Shown here in pieces: positions 19,758 to 29,288 of a DNA stretch of 64,000 nucleotides; position 1 is the first letter of the stretch; every line of letters starts with the position of its first letter. The DNA is from an uncultured SAR86 cluster bacterium. GTDB taxonomy: Bacteria > Pseudomonadota > Gammaproteobacteria > Magnimaribacterales > Magnimaribacteraceae. The notes beneath the pieces were generated by a model that saw nothing but the letters and a program-made list of their open reading frames with translations, was not told where the DNA came from and ran no database searches. The position numbers and the translations under genes are program-made. The stretch covers positions 47,556 through 111,555 of the forward strand of contig CALIUO010000007.1 of assembly GCA_938048695.1 (NCBI GenBank). Direction: 5' to 3'.

Positions 19758-20432
19758 TTAATTAGTAAGTTTTCCTTTATCTAGGTGCAAGGTTCTTTTT
19801 GCTGATTCAGCCGCTACAGGGTCATGAGTCACCATCAAAATTGTTTTGCCATGGTCACGATTTAAAATTTGAAGGAGTTCCAAAATTTCTGTAGCTGTGT
19901 CTCTGTCTAAGTCACCTGTTGGTTCATCACAAACTAATATATCGGGATCAGAAACTAAAGCTCTAGCTATTGCTACTCTTTGTTGTTGTCCACCAGACAA
20001 TTCATTTGGTTTGTGACCGCCTCTATCAGATAAACCAACCACATTCAGTGCAGTTTCTACATGCGTTTTTCTTTGGGAACCTGATAGATTAGTTAAAAGA
20101 AGAGGGATCTCAACATTCTTATTTGCCGTAAGTACGGGAAGAAGATTATAGAACTGAAATATAAAACCAACATTGCTAGCCCTCCAATCACTTAGGGCAG
20201 ATGCGCCCATCTTCTCTAGATGTTCTCCATTAATAACTACTTGCCCAGATGTTGGGGAATCAAGCCCTCCAATCAAATTTAAGAGTGTAGACTTTCCTGA
20301 TCCAGATGGTCCCATAAGAGCAAGATAGTCTCCCTTGGGGACTTCTAAGCTTAGATCATCCAATACAACTAGAGTCTCTCCTCCTCTTTTATATGTTTTA
20401 TTAACGGATTGAACTTCAATTAAGTTGGACAT
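19758..20432 (-). CDS. ABC transporter ATP-binding protein (LolD/MacB-like)
   Basis: GPSGSGKST, LSGGQQQRV, DEPTG, VTHD. Confidence 0.95.
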   Translation of the reverse strand: MSNLIEVQSVNKTYKRGGETLVVLDDLSLEVPKGDYLALMGPSGSGKSTLLNLIGGLDSPTSGQVVINGEHLEKMGASALSDWRASNVGFIFQFYNLLPVLTANKNVEIPLLLTNLSGSQRKTHVETALNVVGLSDRGGHKPNELSGGQQQRVAIARALVSDPDILVCDEPTGDLDRDTATEILELLQILNRDHGKTILMVTHDPVAAESAKRTLHLDKGKLTN

Positions 20433-20444
20433 AGTTACCTCTTT

Positions 20445-21590
20445 TTATTTAATTATTACTTTTTGATTATTTGCTAATTCTTTATCAAACTTTGCTACTA
20501 CAGTCATGCCAGAAGACAGGCCCTCTATTATTCTTGCATAGTTAGCCGTTTCTTCAGCAACTTTAACTCTTGTAAGTTTAATCTGAGATCCATCAATTAC
20601 TTGAACGCTAGACTGATCTTCCAAAATGGCTAAAGCTGCCAAAGGAATCATGACCCCTTCTTTTACCTCTTCACGGCTTTGAGTCTCTACTTTTTTCAAA
20701 AAGGAAACCCTGCTTCCCATATCAGGAAGAACTCTTTCATCTTTTTCTAAAAGTGCGATTCTGACTTTAACAGTAGCCTTATTCCTGTCAGCTGTAGGAA
20801 TAATTGCTATGACTTCTGATGGTATATCCCATTTGGGATATGCATTTAGATTGGTGATGACGGGCTGCCCAGGTTTAACTCTGTTTATAAAAGCTTCATT
20901 AACGTCTACTTCAACTTCTAAAGACTCCATATCTACAATTGTACAAATACCAGTATTTGTAAAACCACCTCCAGCTGAAACAGGCGATATCATTTCGCCG
21001 GGTTGTGCTGCTTTGTAAACCACAACACCGCTAAAAGGAGCCAATATCTTCATATCTTGTACAACCTGCTTTCTAACGGCATTGAGAGCCTCTAATCCTT
21101 CCACAGCTGCTCTAGCTGAATCTAGAGAGGCCTGACTTGCCAGTTCTTCTTTTGCAAGTTCTCTGGTTCTATTGAAAACACGCTTAGCCTCATTAAGCTG
21201 AGACTGTGAGTAGTTAAGATCTGCCACCATAGTACTGTCATCTAATTGAGCTAGGATTTGGCCCTCTTCTACCTGCATTCCTTCCTCTATGAACACCTTC
21301 ATAACTTTTCCAGTCATCTTAGAAGACACGGTAGCCCTTCTTCTGGCAACTACATAGCCAGAGGCATCAAGGATACTCGTGGCTGAGGAATCAGACATTT
21401 GGAGAGATTTAACTGTAAAAGTAGTTACTTCTTTAAGCTCGTCATCTGACAAAAATAGCCACCAAAAAAAACTTACTAATAAAACTGCGGCTCCAAGCAG
21501 ATAAAGTCTATTTGAGGGTAAGTTTTCTTCTGAAGGTGCAGCAGATCTGTCTATCTTCAGATTATTAAGTAGGTTTTCTCTATCGCTCAT
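20445..21590 (-). CDS. Efflux periplasmic adaptor (membrane fusion protein, MacA-like)
   Basis: ASGYVVARR.ATVSSK.TG, APFSGVV, EVDVNE, PTADR.KATVKVR. Confidence 0.9.
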   Translation of the reverse strand: MSDRENLLNNLKIDRSAAPSEENLPSNRLYLLGAAVLLVSFFWWLFLSDDELKEVTTFTVKSLQMSDSSATSILDASGYVVARRRATVSSKMTGKVMKVFIEEGMQVEEGQILAQLDDSTMVADLNYSQSQLNEAKRVFNRTRELAKEELASQASLDSARAAVEGLEALNAVRKQVVQDMKILAPFSGVVVYKAAQPGEMISPVSAGGGFTNTGICTIVDMESLEVEVDVNEAFINRVKPGQPVITNLNAYPKWDIPSEVIAIIPTADRNKATVKVRIALLEKDERVLPDMGSRVSFLKKVETQSREEVKEGVMIPLAALAILEDQSSVQVIDGSQIKLTRVKVAEETANYARIIEGLSSGMTVVAKFDKELANNQKVIIK

Positions 21591-21639
21591 CTCTTTATCC
21601 GTTATTTAATTTTATAGTCTTCATTAAGAGAAGTATAGG

Positions 21640-22671
21640 TTACATAGAACTTATCCAATCTTCTATCATCTGAATAGCTTCGGTATGAGTTAAAGACCTC
21701 CCAGACTCTGGCATCATAACCCCAGGATCAGTTGAAATCATCCTATAAAGAAGAATAGATTCATCTGCCTTTCCGGGTGAGATAGAAAATTCATGACCTC
21801 CGCTTCCTCTACCAGTAGCCACTGGTTTTTTATTAATCCCTAAGTGGGTTGGTCTGCTCTCTGTCAAATCTAAATAAAGTCCCGTTGAATTAGCTCCCCC
21901 AGTCGAAATATGACAGTGTCCACAATTTATATCCAGATAAGATCTGACTCTTTCTTCTAGAGAATGACTGTCATCCTCCCAATCAACGGGTGTATTAAGA
22001 TCTGTCTGGATATTATCTATATAGTCTAGCTTCATCCATTTAGTTAATTGATTAATGGATTCATCTTGATAATCATAAATTTTATTTAGATTTCTAGCTT
22101 TGGGACCAATTGGCATCACAGCGTCATTATTTGAATGACATTCTTTGCATTGATTTTTATTAGGCACTCTATAGCGTACTGATCGATTTTCTCCTTTGAA
22201 ATCTATCCAATCAGTTAATATTGTCTTGCCAGCTTTTTTTATTATTGCTTCATCTTGATTTTCATTCCACGCATAAGAAACTGCTTCCCAACCTTCCTGC
22301 TTTCTTAAAAGTAATCTAGTCTCCATAAGCTTCTTACCGAGAGATAAGTTTCTTTCATCGATTGGATAATAAAAGGTTTTAATTAGTGCAGAACCAACCG
22401 GAAAATCAAACACCTTATCTTTTATGAAAGAAGCTTTTTTACCTTCCGGTATATAGACCCATCTTTGCTTATATGAATAGTCAGAAAATAAAGAAGAAAT
22501 TAATTCGTAAGGTAAAACTCCTTTTGAAGGAATTTGAGCATGAGTATCTTTAAAGAAATGAAAATCCGAAAGTTTTTTTGGAAATTTCTCCTCTAAAATT
22601 AATTCATTATCAACAGCATAGAGAGATGTTATAGAAAAAACTATTAATAATAATAACGAAGTCTTTTTCAT
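21640..22671 (-). CDS. Diheme c-type cytochrome, SO2930-like family
   Basis: Signal peptide, LFSDYSYKQR, FPVGSALIKTF, CKECH, YLDINCGHCH, MMPESGR. Confidence 0.85.
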   Translation of the reverse strand: MKKTSLLLLIVFSITSLYAVDNELILEEKFPKKLSDFHFFKDTHAQIPSKGVLPYELISSLFSDYSYKQRWVYIPEGKKASFIKDKVFDFPVGSALIKTFYYPIDERNLSLGKKLMETRLLLRKQEGWEAVSYAWNENQDEAIIKKAGKTILTDWIDFKGENRSVRYRVPNKNQCKECHSNNDAVMPIGPKARNLNKIYDYQDESINQLTKWMKLDYIDNIQTDLNTPVDWEDDSHSLEERVRSYLDINCGHCHISTGGANSTGLYLDLTESRPTHLGINKKPVATGRGSGGHEFSISPGKADESILLYRMISTDPGVMMPESGRSLTHTEAIQMIEDWISSM

Positions 22672-22676
22672 TATTA

Positions 22677-23900
22677 TTAGTTTAAGATAACCTCCGGTAA
22701 AGGTCTTACCTCTCCATCATATTCCTGGATATCTCTTTCTACTGGATCGAAAAAAGGTAGTAAATACTTGATAGGATTAAGTGTTAAAAATGTAGCATCA
22801 CCATTATTTGAAATAATAAGCCTTTCATCATCTGGTTGGCCAAAAAGTATTTGATTCATGGGTAAAATACCATCCCAGAATATGTCAGGCATATCGCCAT
22901 CTGAAAGCTCAAATAGAATTGCCGCGAGCTCTCCAGTACCTACATCTGGATCAAAGCCTCCATCACCAAATCTATTGTTATGTATTTGTATTGATTTAGG
23001 ATGGGGGTTGTAATTTTCATCTTCAGTTTCGTAACCATAAGTAACAATTGAAAGGTTAACGGTTCCATTGCCATATATGTCGTTATCAAATACCTCAACA
23101 TCTGAATTAGCCTGAATTATTATCCCTGTCCCTCTTGGAACTTCACCAACTATGTTCCCTTCCGGAGCAAAATTATCAGTATCGTTATTAATGGCTTTAT
23201 TTCTGAAAACTCTGACATGATGACCTCCTTGTTGAGGTAAGTCAGGAAGATCAAATACTAGAATTCCTCCAGTATTATGAGATGCTAAGTTATCAAAGAC
23301 ATCGGCATAATAAGAATTTTCTATTTCAATTCCTGCCACATTATATTGAGCTACGCTGTTTTTAACGATGATATTTTGAGACTGTCCAACATAAATACCT
23401 GCATCTGAAGCTCCAATAGCTACACAGCCGTCTATCAGAACATCTTTAGACTCAACAGGATAAAAACCATAAGCTCCGTTAGTCTCTTTAGGCCCACCTG
23501 TCCATTCAGTTCTAAGACGGATCATACTAATTCCATCGGCCCCAATAACTTTAATTGCATCTCCTTTTGCGTCTAGTACTGCAAAATCTCTTAACGTAAC
23601 ACCATCTGATGTAACTAGAAGGCCTTGAGCTCCAGAAACCTGATCTCCAAAATGTAATATAGTGTCGTCTATACCGGATCCTTCAAAGATTACGTCATCT
23701 ACATCTAGTGAAATGCCATCCTCAAAAAAGTATTCTCCCGGCTCCAAGGTAAGAACATCTCCAGGTTCAAGATCAATCAATGCTTCTTGTATTTCCTCTT
23801 GAGAGTTTGAGTTAGGTCCCAAAAGAATTTGCTTAGCTGATATTGAGAAGCTTGATAATACCAATAAGGTCATTAATAATAAGTTTTTCATTTTCCCCAT
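22677..23900 (-). CDS. Secreted parallel beta-helix protein (usual partner of SO2930-like cytochromes)
   Basis: Signal peptide, NGAYGFYPV, GASDAGIYVGQS, NVAGIEIENS, NTGGILVFDLP. Confidence 0.85.
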   Translation of the reverse strand: MGKMKNLLLMTLLVLSSFSISAKQILLGPNSNSQEEIQEALIDLEPGDVLTLEPGEYFFEDGISLDVDDVIFEGSGIDDTILHFGDQVSGAQGLLVTSDGVTLRDFAVLDAKGDAIKVIGADGISMIRLRTEWTGGPKETNGAYGFYPVESKDVLIDGCVAIGASDAGIYVGQSQNIIVKNSVAQYNVAGIEIENSYYADVFDNLASHNTGGILVFDLPDLPQQGGHHVRVFRNKAINNDTDNFAPEGNIVGEVPRGTGIIIQANSDVEVFDNDIYGNGTVNLSIVTYGYETEDENYNPHPKSIQIHNNRFGDGGFDPDVGTGELAAILFELSDGDMPDIFWDGILPMNQILFGQPDDERLIISNNGDATFLTLNPIKYLLPFFDPVERDIQEYDGEVRPLPEVILN

Positions 23901-23947
23901 TTGTCACATTTATTATTCAATAATTATAGTAGATTTAACCCTAAGTT

Positions 23948-24334
23948 ATGAAAACTATTCTGTTCGTGTGCATAGAAAATTCTTGTAGAAGCCAAATTGC
24001 AGAAGCTTATGCAAACTTGTATTCAAATAACAAATATCAAGTCATAAGTGCCGGTTCTAATCCATCCGGTAGTATCAATCCTACAGCTATGAAATTAATG
24101 TCTGAATTAGGACATAAAATGGCAGGACAATATTCCAAATCGGTTGATACAGTTCTGCAGAATGTAGATTATTTAATCTCCATGGGTTGTGGAGACTCTT
24201 GTCCAAATGTCAGCGCAAAAGACAGAATAGAATGGGATATACCAGACCCAAAAGATATGAATGATAGAGAATTCAAAGAAGTTATAGCATTAATAGACAA
24301 ACAGGTTCAAAACTTGATACAAAATATTATCTAA
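23948..24334 (+). CDS. arsC: ArsC arsenate reductase / low-molecular-weight PTP family
   Basis: CIENSCRSQ (CX5R), GCGDSCP, WDIPDP. Confidence 0.8.
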   Translation: MKTILFVCIENSCRSQIAEAYANLYSNNKYQVISAGSNPSGSINPTAMKLMSELGHKMAGQYSKSVDTVLQNVDYLISMGCGDSCPNVSAKDRIEWDIPDPKDMNDREFKEVIALIDKQVQNLIQNII

Positions 24335-25472
24335 ACCTTAGATTCTCTCTATTAAGTTCAGATACAGAACTAACTCCCATTAGTCTCATATCTCTTTCTA
24401 TTTCTGACTTCATCAGCTCTAAAGCTCTTTCTACTCCATGCTGTCCTGCTGCAGCAAGAGCAAATAAATAGAATCTACCTCCCCCTACAGCTTTGGCGCC
24501 CATAGAGAGAGCCTTAAGAACATGAGTACCTCTTTGTATGCCACTGTCCATGATTACATCAATATCGTCTCCGACTGCGTCAACAATCTCCGATAGCTGA
24601 TCAAATGGGGATCTACTACCATCTAACTGTCTACCTCCATGGTTGGATATAACTATACCAGTGCATCCTATATCAACGGCCTTTTTAGCGTCTTCAACAC
24701 TCATAACACCTTTGAGACAAAATTGGCCGTCCCAGTATTCAACCATTTTTGCCACGTCATCCCAATTTAAACAAGGGTCTAGCATCTCCGTAAAATACCT
24801 ACCTATAGATATTGGTCCATCTGACATATCTACATGATCGTCCAGTTGAGGAAGAGAGAATTTTTTATGAGTTAAATAATTTAGTGCCCACATCGGTTTG
24901 ATTGCAAATTGTGTAATACCACTCAAACTTAATTTGAAAGGTATTGAGAAACCTGTTTTTAGATCTCTTTCTCTATTTCCGCCTGTGATTGTATCTACAG
25001 TAAGCATCATCACATCAACTTTGGCATTTTTTGCATTTTCGAGCATTACTTGATTCAATTCTCTGTCTTTATGAAAGTAGAATTGATAGCACTGTGGTCC
25101 CGAGTACTGCTTCCTTACTTCAGATAAACTTACGGTTCCCAAAGAAGATACACCAAATAAAGTTCCATACTTATCCGCAGCTGCGGCAACTGCGTTTTCT
25201 CCATCATGATGAAAAACTCTCTGTAACGCTGTGGGAGAGCAATAAATTGGCATTTCAAGTTTTTGACCTAGAATTTCAACAGACATGTCGATATTCTCAA
25301 CTCCTCTTAATACGCTTGGAACTAGATCACAATCTTCGAAACTCTTAGTATTTCTATCGTAGGTACTTTCATCATCAGCCGCACCATCAATATAATTAAA
25401 GATAGGGCTTGGTAATCTTCGTCGGGCTAGCTCTCTAAAGTCGCTAAAACTATGGCAGTCCTTTAAACGCAT
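24327..25472 (-). CDS. FMN-dependent alpha-hydroxy acid oxidase / L-lactate dehydrogenase
   Basis: YIDGAADDE, GNRERD, LKGVM, SNHGGRQLD, DSGIQRG. Confidence 0.92.
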   Translation of the reverse strand: MRLKDCHSFSDFRELARRRLPSPIFNYIDGAADDESTYDRNTKSFEDCDLVPSVLRGVENIDMSVEILGQKLEMPIYCSPTALQRVFHHDGENAVAAAADKYGTLFGVSSLGTVSLSEVRKQYSGPQCYQFYFHKDRELNQVMLENAKNAKVDVMMLTVDTITGGNRERDLKTGFSIPFKLSLSGITQFAIKPMWALNYLTHKKFSLPQLDDHVDMSDGPISIGRYFTEMLDPCLNWDDVAKMVEYWDGQFCLKGVMSVEDAKKAVDIGCTGIVISNHGGRQLDGSRSPFDQLSEIVDAVGDDIDVIMDSGIQRGTHVLKALSMGAKAVGGGRFYLFALAAAGQHGVERALELMKSEIERDMRLMGVSSVSELNRENLRFR

Positions 25473-25520
25473 TTGAATTTAACAGTTCAACCCACGATAG
25501 GATATAGAAAATATAAAAAG

Positions 25521-26435
25521 TTATTTCTTACTTTCTTGTATCAAGGTAAAAGCTTTCATCGATTGATCTCCGCCTTGATAACAAAGAGTGGCATCAGTCA
25601 TGTCAGAAATTTGGTCCCAGTTAGCTTCGATATTTTCAGCGGTCATATCCTCACCAGTTCCCAAATAAACCCCTTTAGTCTCATGTATCATTACCCTTGT
25701 AAATACACCTGCCCCAGCAGCTATGATCACACCAGTAGGAGCATCTTCTGAAACCATATAAGTTACTGCGGGGGTAACGTAATCAGGTTTAATTTGTTCA
25801 ATTACTTCTTCAGGCATCAAACTTTCTGTCATTCTAGTTCCAGCTAATGGTGCTAAAGTATTGCATTTAACATTGTATTTTGCGCCTTCTAGTTTCAAAG
25901 TATTCATGAGTCCCACGACACCCATCTTTGCAGATCCATAATTAGTTTGACCAAAGTTCCCATACAGTCCACTTGAAGATGAGGTCATAATAATTCTTCC
26001 ATAGTTTTGCTCTTTCATTATTTCCCAAACTGCTTTTGTGCAATTTACACTTCCCATTAAATGAACCTCTAAGACCATTCTAAAATCTTGATCTTCGACT
26101 TTAGAAAAACTTTTATCTCTTAAAATTCCAGCATTATTGACTAATATGTCTATACGGCCATATTTATCCATAACTTCATCAACCATAGCTTTAACCTGAG
26201 CAGCATCAGTGACGCTTGCACCGTTAGCCATAGCCTCTCCTCCGGCAGCCTTGATTTCTTCAACAACCATTTCTGCAGCAGATAAAGAACCGTCATCAGA
26301 GCCGTCAACATTACCACCTAAGTCATTCACAACAACTTTAGCTCCTCTTTTAGCCAAATCTAGAGCATGGCATCTCCCTAGACCACCACCGGCGCCGGTA
26401 ACAATTGCAACTCGATCGTTAAAAGTTATAGACAT
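25521..26435 (-). CDS. SDR oxidoreductase (3-hydroxyacyl-CoA dehydrogenase / MFE-2-like)
   Basis: TGAGGGLG, VVVNDLG, NNAGILRD, YGNFGQTNYGSAK. Confidence 0.9.
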   Translation of the reverse strand: MSITFNDRVAIVTGAGGGLGRCHALDLAKRGAKVVVNDLGGNVDGSDDGSLSAAEMVVEEIKAAGGEAMANGASVTDAAQVKAMVDEVMDKYGRIDILVNNAGILRDKSFSKVEDQDFRMVLEVHLMGSVNCTKAVWEIMKEQNYGRIIMTSSSSGLYGNFGQTNYGSAKMGVVGLMNTLKLEGAKYNVKCNTLAPLAGTRMTESLMPEEVIEQIKPDYVTPAVTYMVSEDAPTGVIIAAGAGVFTRVMIHETKGVYLGTGEDMTAENIEANWDQISDMTDATLCYQGGDQSMKAFTLIQESKK

Positions 26436-26478
26436 AATTTCTCCTATTTAAAAAGTTAGGCGCACATATTACCGTATG

Positions 26479-27627
26479 CTAGTTTTTTTGTGAAAAAGCT
26501 TTTTCTATTCTATTTAATGCTTCTTCTAATACAGATCGAGGACAGCCAAAATTTAGACGTACATAATTCTTGTCTCCAAACCAAGCTCCATCATGAACGC
26601 CAACTTTAGCTTCTTGTATAAAGAAATCTGCTGGAGTCTCAAACCCAGTACTTCTGCAGTTTATCCATGCCAAAAAACCTGCCTCAGGGCCTGTCAGTGA
26701 CAAACCTTCTATTTTATTAATTCTTTCTAATAATAATTTTTTATTAATTTGAAGGTATTGAATTAATTCAGCGTGCCACTCATCAGCATCGGAATAAGCC
26801 TTTTCAGCGGCCACAAAAGCTAAATTATCAATATGTGCGACAATACCTTTAGTATTTCTTATAAAATCTTCTCTAAGTTCTGGGTTGGGAATTACTGCAG
26901 CAGCAATAGGGAAACCGGCAAGATTATAAGTTTTGCAAGGACCTAATATCGTTATAGAGTTTTCTTTATTATGATTATTCAAACTCGCGAAGGGTATGTG
27001 CTGAAGTCCTTTCTCTAAAACTAGATCAGAATGAATCTCGTCACTACATACTATTATTCCCCTTTCTTCACAAATACTGGATATTTCTGAAAGTTCTTCT
27101 TTAGTGAATACAGATCCACCGGGGTTGTGAGGATTACAAAGAAAAAGTAATTTAGTATCTTCAGTCAATAAAGTTCGTATGGCATCGAAATCAAACGTCA
27201 ATCTTCCATCACAATCATTTAAATATGTTTTAACAAAGCCTCTTTCCATGTTTTCAGGAGCTTCAGAAAATGGTGCATATATTGGCGATGGAACCATGGC
27301 CATATCACCGGGAGCAAGAACCGTCTTACAGGCAATATTGAGCCCAACAACTCCTCCAGGCACCCAAACCACCCAATCGTTTTCAATTTGCCAGCCAGTA
27401 TTTTTTTTCGTTTTTTCTATAAATGTATCAGTTAAACTCTGAGGTGTATCTGTGTAACCGAATATACCTTCATCAATTCTCTGCGCCATAGGCTTCGTTA
27501 TTTCAGGCGGACAAAGAAAATCCATATCAGCTATCCACATGGGAATAACTTCTGCATCTGAAAACTTCAACCACTTTGTGCTATGAGTTTCTTTTCTAGA
27601 GATTATTTGATCAAAATTATATTTCAT
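26479..27627 (-). CDS. MalY/PatB PLP-dependent C-S lyase (cystathionine beta-lyase)
   Basis: PMWIADMDF, CNPHNPGG, SDEIHSDL, KTYNLAG, RLNFGCPR. Confidence 0.92.
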   Translation of the reverse strand: MKYNFDQIISRKETHSTKWLKFSDAEVIPMWIADMDFLCPPEITKPMAQRIDEGIFGYTDTPQSLTDTFIEKTKKNTGWQIENDWVVWVPGGVVGLNIACKTVLAPGDMAMVPSPIYAPFSEAPENMERGFVKTYLNDCDGRLTFDFDAIRTLLTEDTKLLFLCNPHNPGGSVFTKEELSEISSICEERGIIVCSDEIHSDLVLEKGLQHIPFASLNNHNKENSITILGPCKTYNLAGFPIAAAVIPNPELREDFIRNTKGIVAHIDNLAFVAAEKAYSDADEWHAELIQYLQINKKLLLERINKIEGLSLTGPEAGFLAWINCRSTGFETPADFFIQEAKVGVHDGAWFGDKNYVRLNFGCPRSVLEEALNRIEKAFSQKN

Positions 27628-27667
27628 TGATAAAAATCATCTTACTCTAAAATTTAATTGATACCTA

Positions 27668-27700
27668 TTGCTCAGTAAAGATTGAGTAGTTAGACTGCGC
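27668..27700 (+). promoter_or_regulatory. Putative sigma70 promoter of the thiolase-like/mdh unit
   Basis: TTGCTC-N17-TAGACT followed by GCGC. Confidence 0.55.
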
Positions 27701-27718
27701 TCCCTAGTACTTTAATTT

Positions 27719-29278
27719 ATGACAGAATTTTCTTACTCAAATGTTAATGATGACACTCCGGTCTTGGTGGGTAGCAGTCAATTAACTGATAAAAGAGGTG
27801 TAGATGGTTTTAATTATTTAGATATTCTTAAAGAAGTTTCTAGAAAAGCTCTTTCAGATTGCGAGGCTTCTACCAACATAAACGAACATATTGATACAGT
27901 CGCTGTTATTAGATTCGTAGCAGACACGCCTCATAGAGATTCGGCAACATCCAATCTTTGGGGCTATCCTAATATGCCAAGGAGTTTGTCTAACTCTTTA
28001 GGTTTATCCGCTTCAAACGAAATTTATACAACCACCGGAGGTAACTCGCCTCAAATAGCCTTGAACGAACTTACTAAAAGGATAAAAGATAAACAAATTG
28101 AATGTGCACTTTTAGCTGGCGGAGAAGCATTGGATACATTTGTTGGTAGATTAAAAGAAGGCCTCTCAGTCGATTGGGAAGATAATCCTGGCGGGAGCCC
28201 TGAAGTAATAGGTAAATCTACAGATGGAACCAATGATCATGAAAAGCTTCATGGAATATTTGACCCCTCTTCTGTTTATCCGCTATTTGCTAATTCAATA
28301 AGAGGTAAGAAAGGTCAGTCCGTTGAAGAGCATATGCAAGATACTGGCGAGCTGTTTTCTAGATTCTCCGAAGTAGCATCTAAAAATGAAAATGCCTGGT
28401 TTCCGATACACAGATCAGCAGAGGAAATAGCTGAGGTCAAACCTGAGAATAGGATGATAGGACTTCCATATACTAAATACATGAACTCGATCATGAGAGT
28501 TAATCAATCCTCCGCTATTATTGTTATGTCAGCTAAGAAAGCTAGGGAGTTGGGTATACCGGAATCAAAATGGATATTTATGTATTCGGGAGCATGCTTA
28601 AATGATGTATGGAACGTTTCTAATAGGGCTGACTATTATTCTTCACCAGCAATAAAATCTTGTACGGATAGTGTATTTGATCTCGCCAATGTCTCTATTA
28701 GCGAAATGGATTTTATTGATTTATATTCATGCTTTCCCTCGGCTGTTCAAATAGCTATGGAAGAACTCTCACTTGATAAAAATGATCCCAGAGGCTTTAC
28801 CGTAACCGGCGGTCTCCCTTATTTTGGTGGCCCAGGTAATGCATATGTAATGAACTCTTTTGCAACCCTCATAGAAAAATTGAGATTAAATCCAGGAAAG
28901 TTTGGCCTAGCTACAGCTAACGGTTGGTATATTACAAAACACGGTGCAGCTATATTCTCTTCAAAACCTTTTGAAGGAGAATGGAATCAAGTTGCCGACA
29001 CCTCTAATCTGCAAAATAAGATTGATTCAGCATCAAATAACCGCTTTACCGAAATACCAGAAGGAGAATGTTCAGTTGAAACTTATACTGTTACACATAG
29101 TCATAAAGGCCCCGATAAAGGGATAATAATTGGAAAGCTAAAAGATGGAACTAGATTTTTAGCAAATACTGAAAGAGATCCTGATGTTCTAAAGCAAATG
29201 TGTGAACGCGACATGCTTAATGTATCTGGTTCTGTTTCAAATGATGGCAAGAGGAACATATTCAAACCAAACTTATAA
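27719..29278 (+). CDS. Thiolase-like protein (TLP1 type, with extra C-terminal domain)
   Basis: GGNSPQ, NRMIGLPYTKYMNS, DLYSCFPSAVQ, TVTGGLPYFGGPGN, ANGWYITKH, VETYTV. Confidence 0.82.
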   Translation: MTEFSYSNVNDDTPVLVGSSQLTDKRGVDGFNYLDILKEVSRKALSDCEASTNINEHIDTVAVIRFVADTPHRDSATSNLWGYPNMPRSLSNSLGLSASNEIYTTTGGNSPQIALNELTKRIKDKQIECALLAGGEALDTFVGRLKEGLSVDWEDNPGGSPEVIGKSTDGTNDHEKLHGIFDPSSVYPLFANSIRGKKGQSVEEHMQDTGELFSRFSEVASKNENAWFPIHRSAEEIAEVKPENRMIGLPYTKYMNSIMRVNQSSAIIVMSAKKARELGIPESKWIFMYSGACLNDVWNVSNRADYYSSPAIKSCTDSVFDLANVSISEMDFIDLYSCFPSAVQIAMEELSLDKNDPRGFTVTGGLPYFGGPGNAYVMNSFATLIEKLRLNPGKFGLATANGWYITKHGAAIFSSKPFEGEWNQVADTSNLQNKIDSASNNRFTEIPEGECSVETYTVTHSHKGPDKGIIIGKLKDGTRFLANTERDPDVLKQMCERDMLNVSGSVSNDGKRNIFKPNL

Positions 29279-29288
29279 GGAGAAATCA

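Noticed and set aside
23948-24334. Arsenic-resistance operon
   Set aside because: Lone ArsC/LMW-PTP gene with no arsR, acr3 or arsB nearby; the substrate is uncertain.
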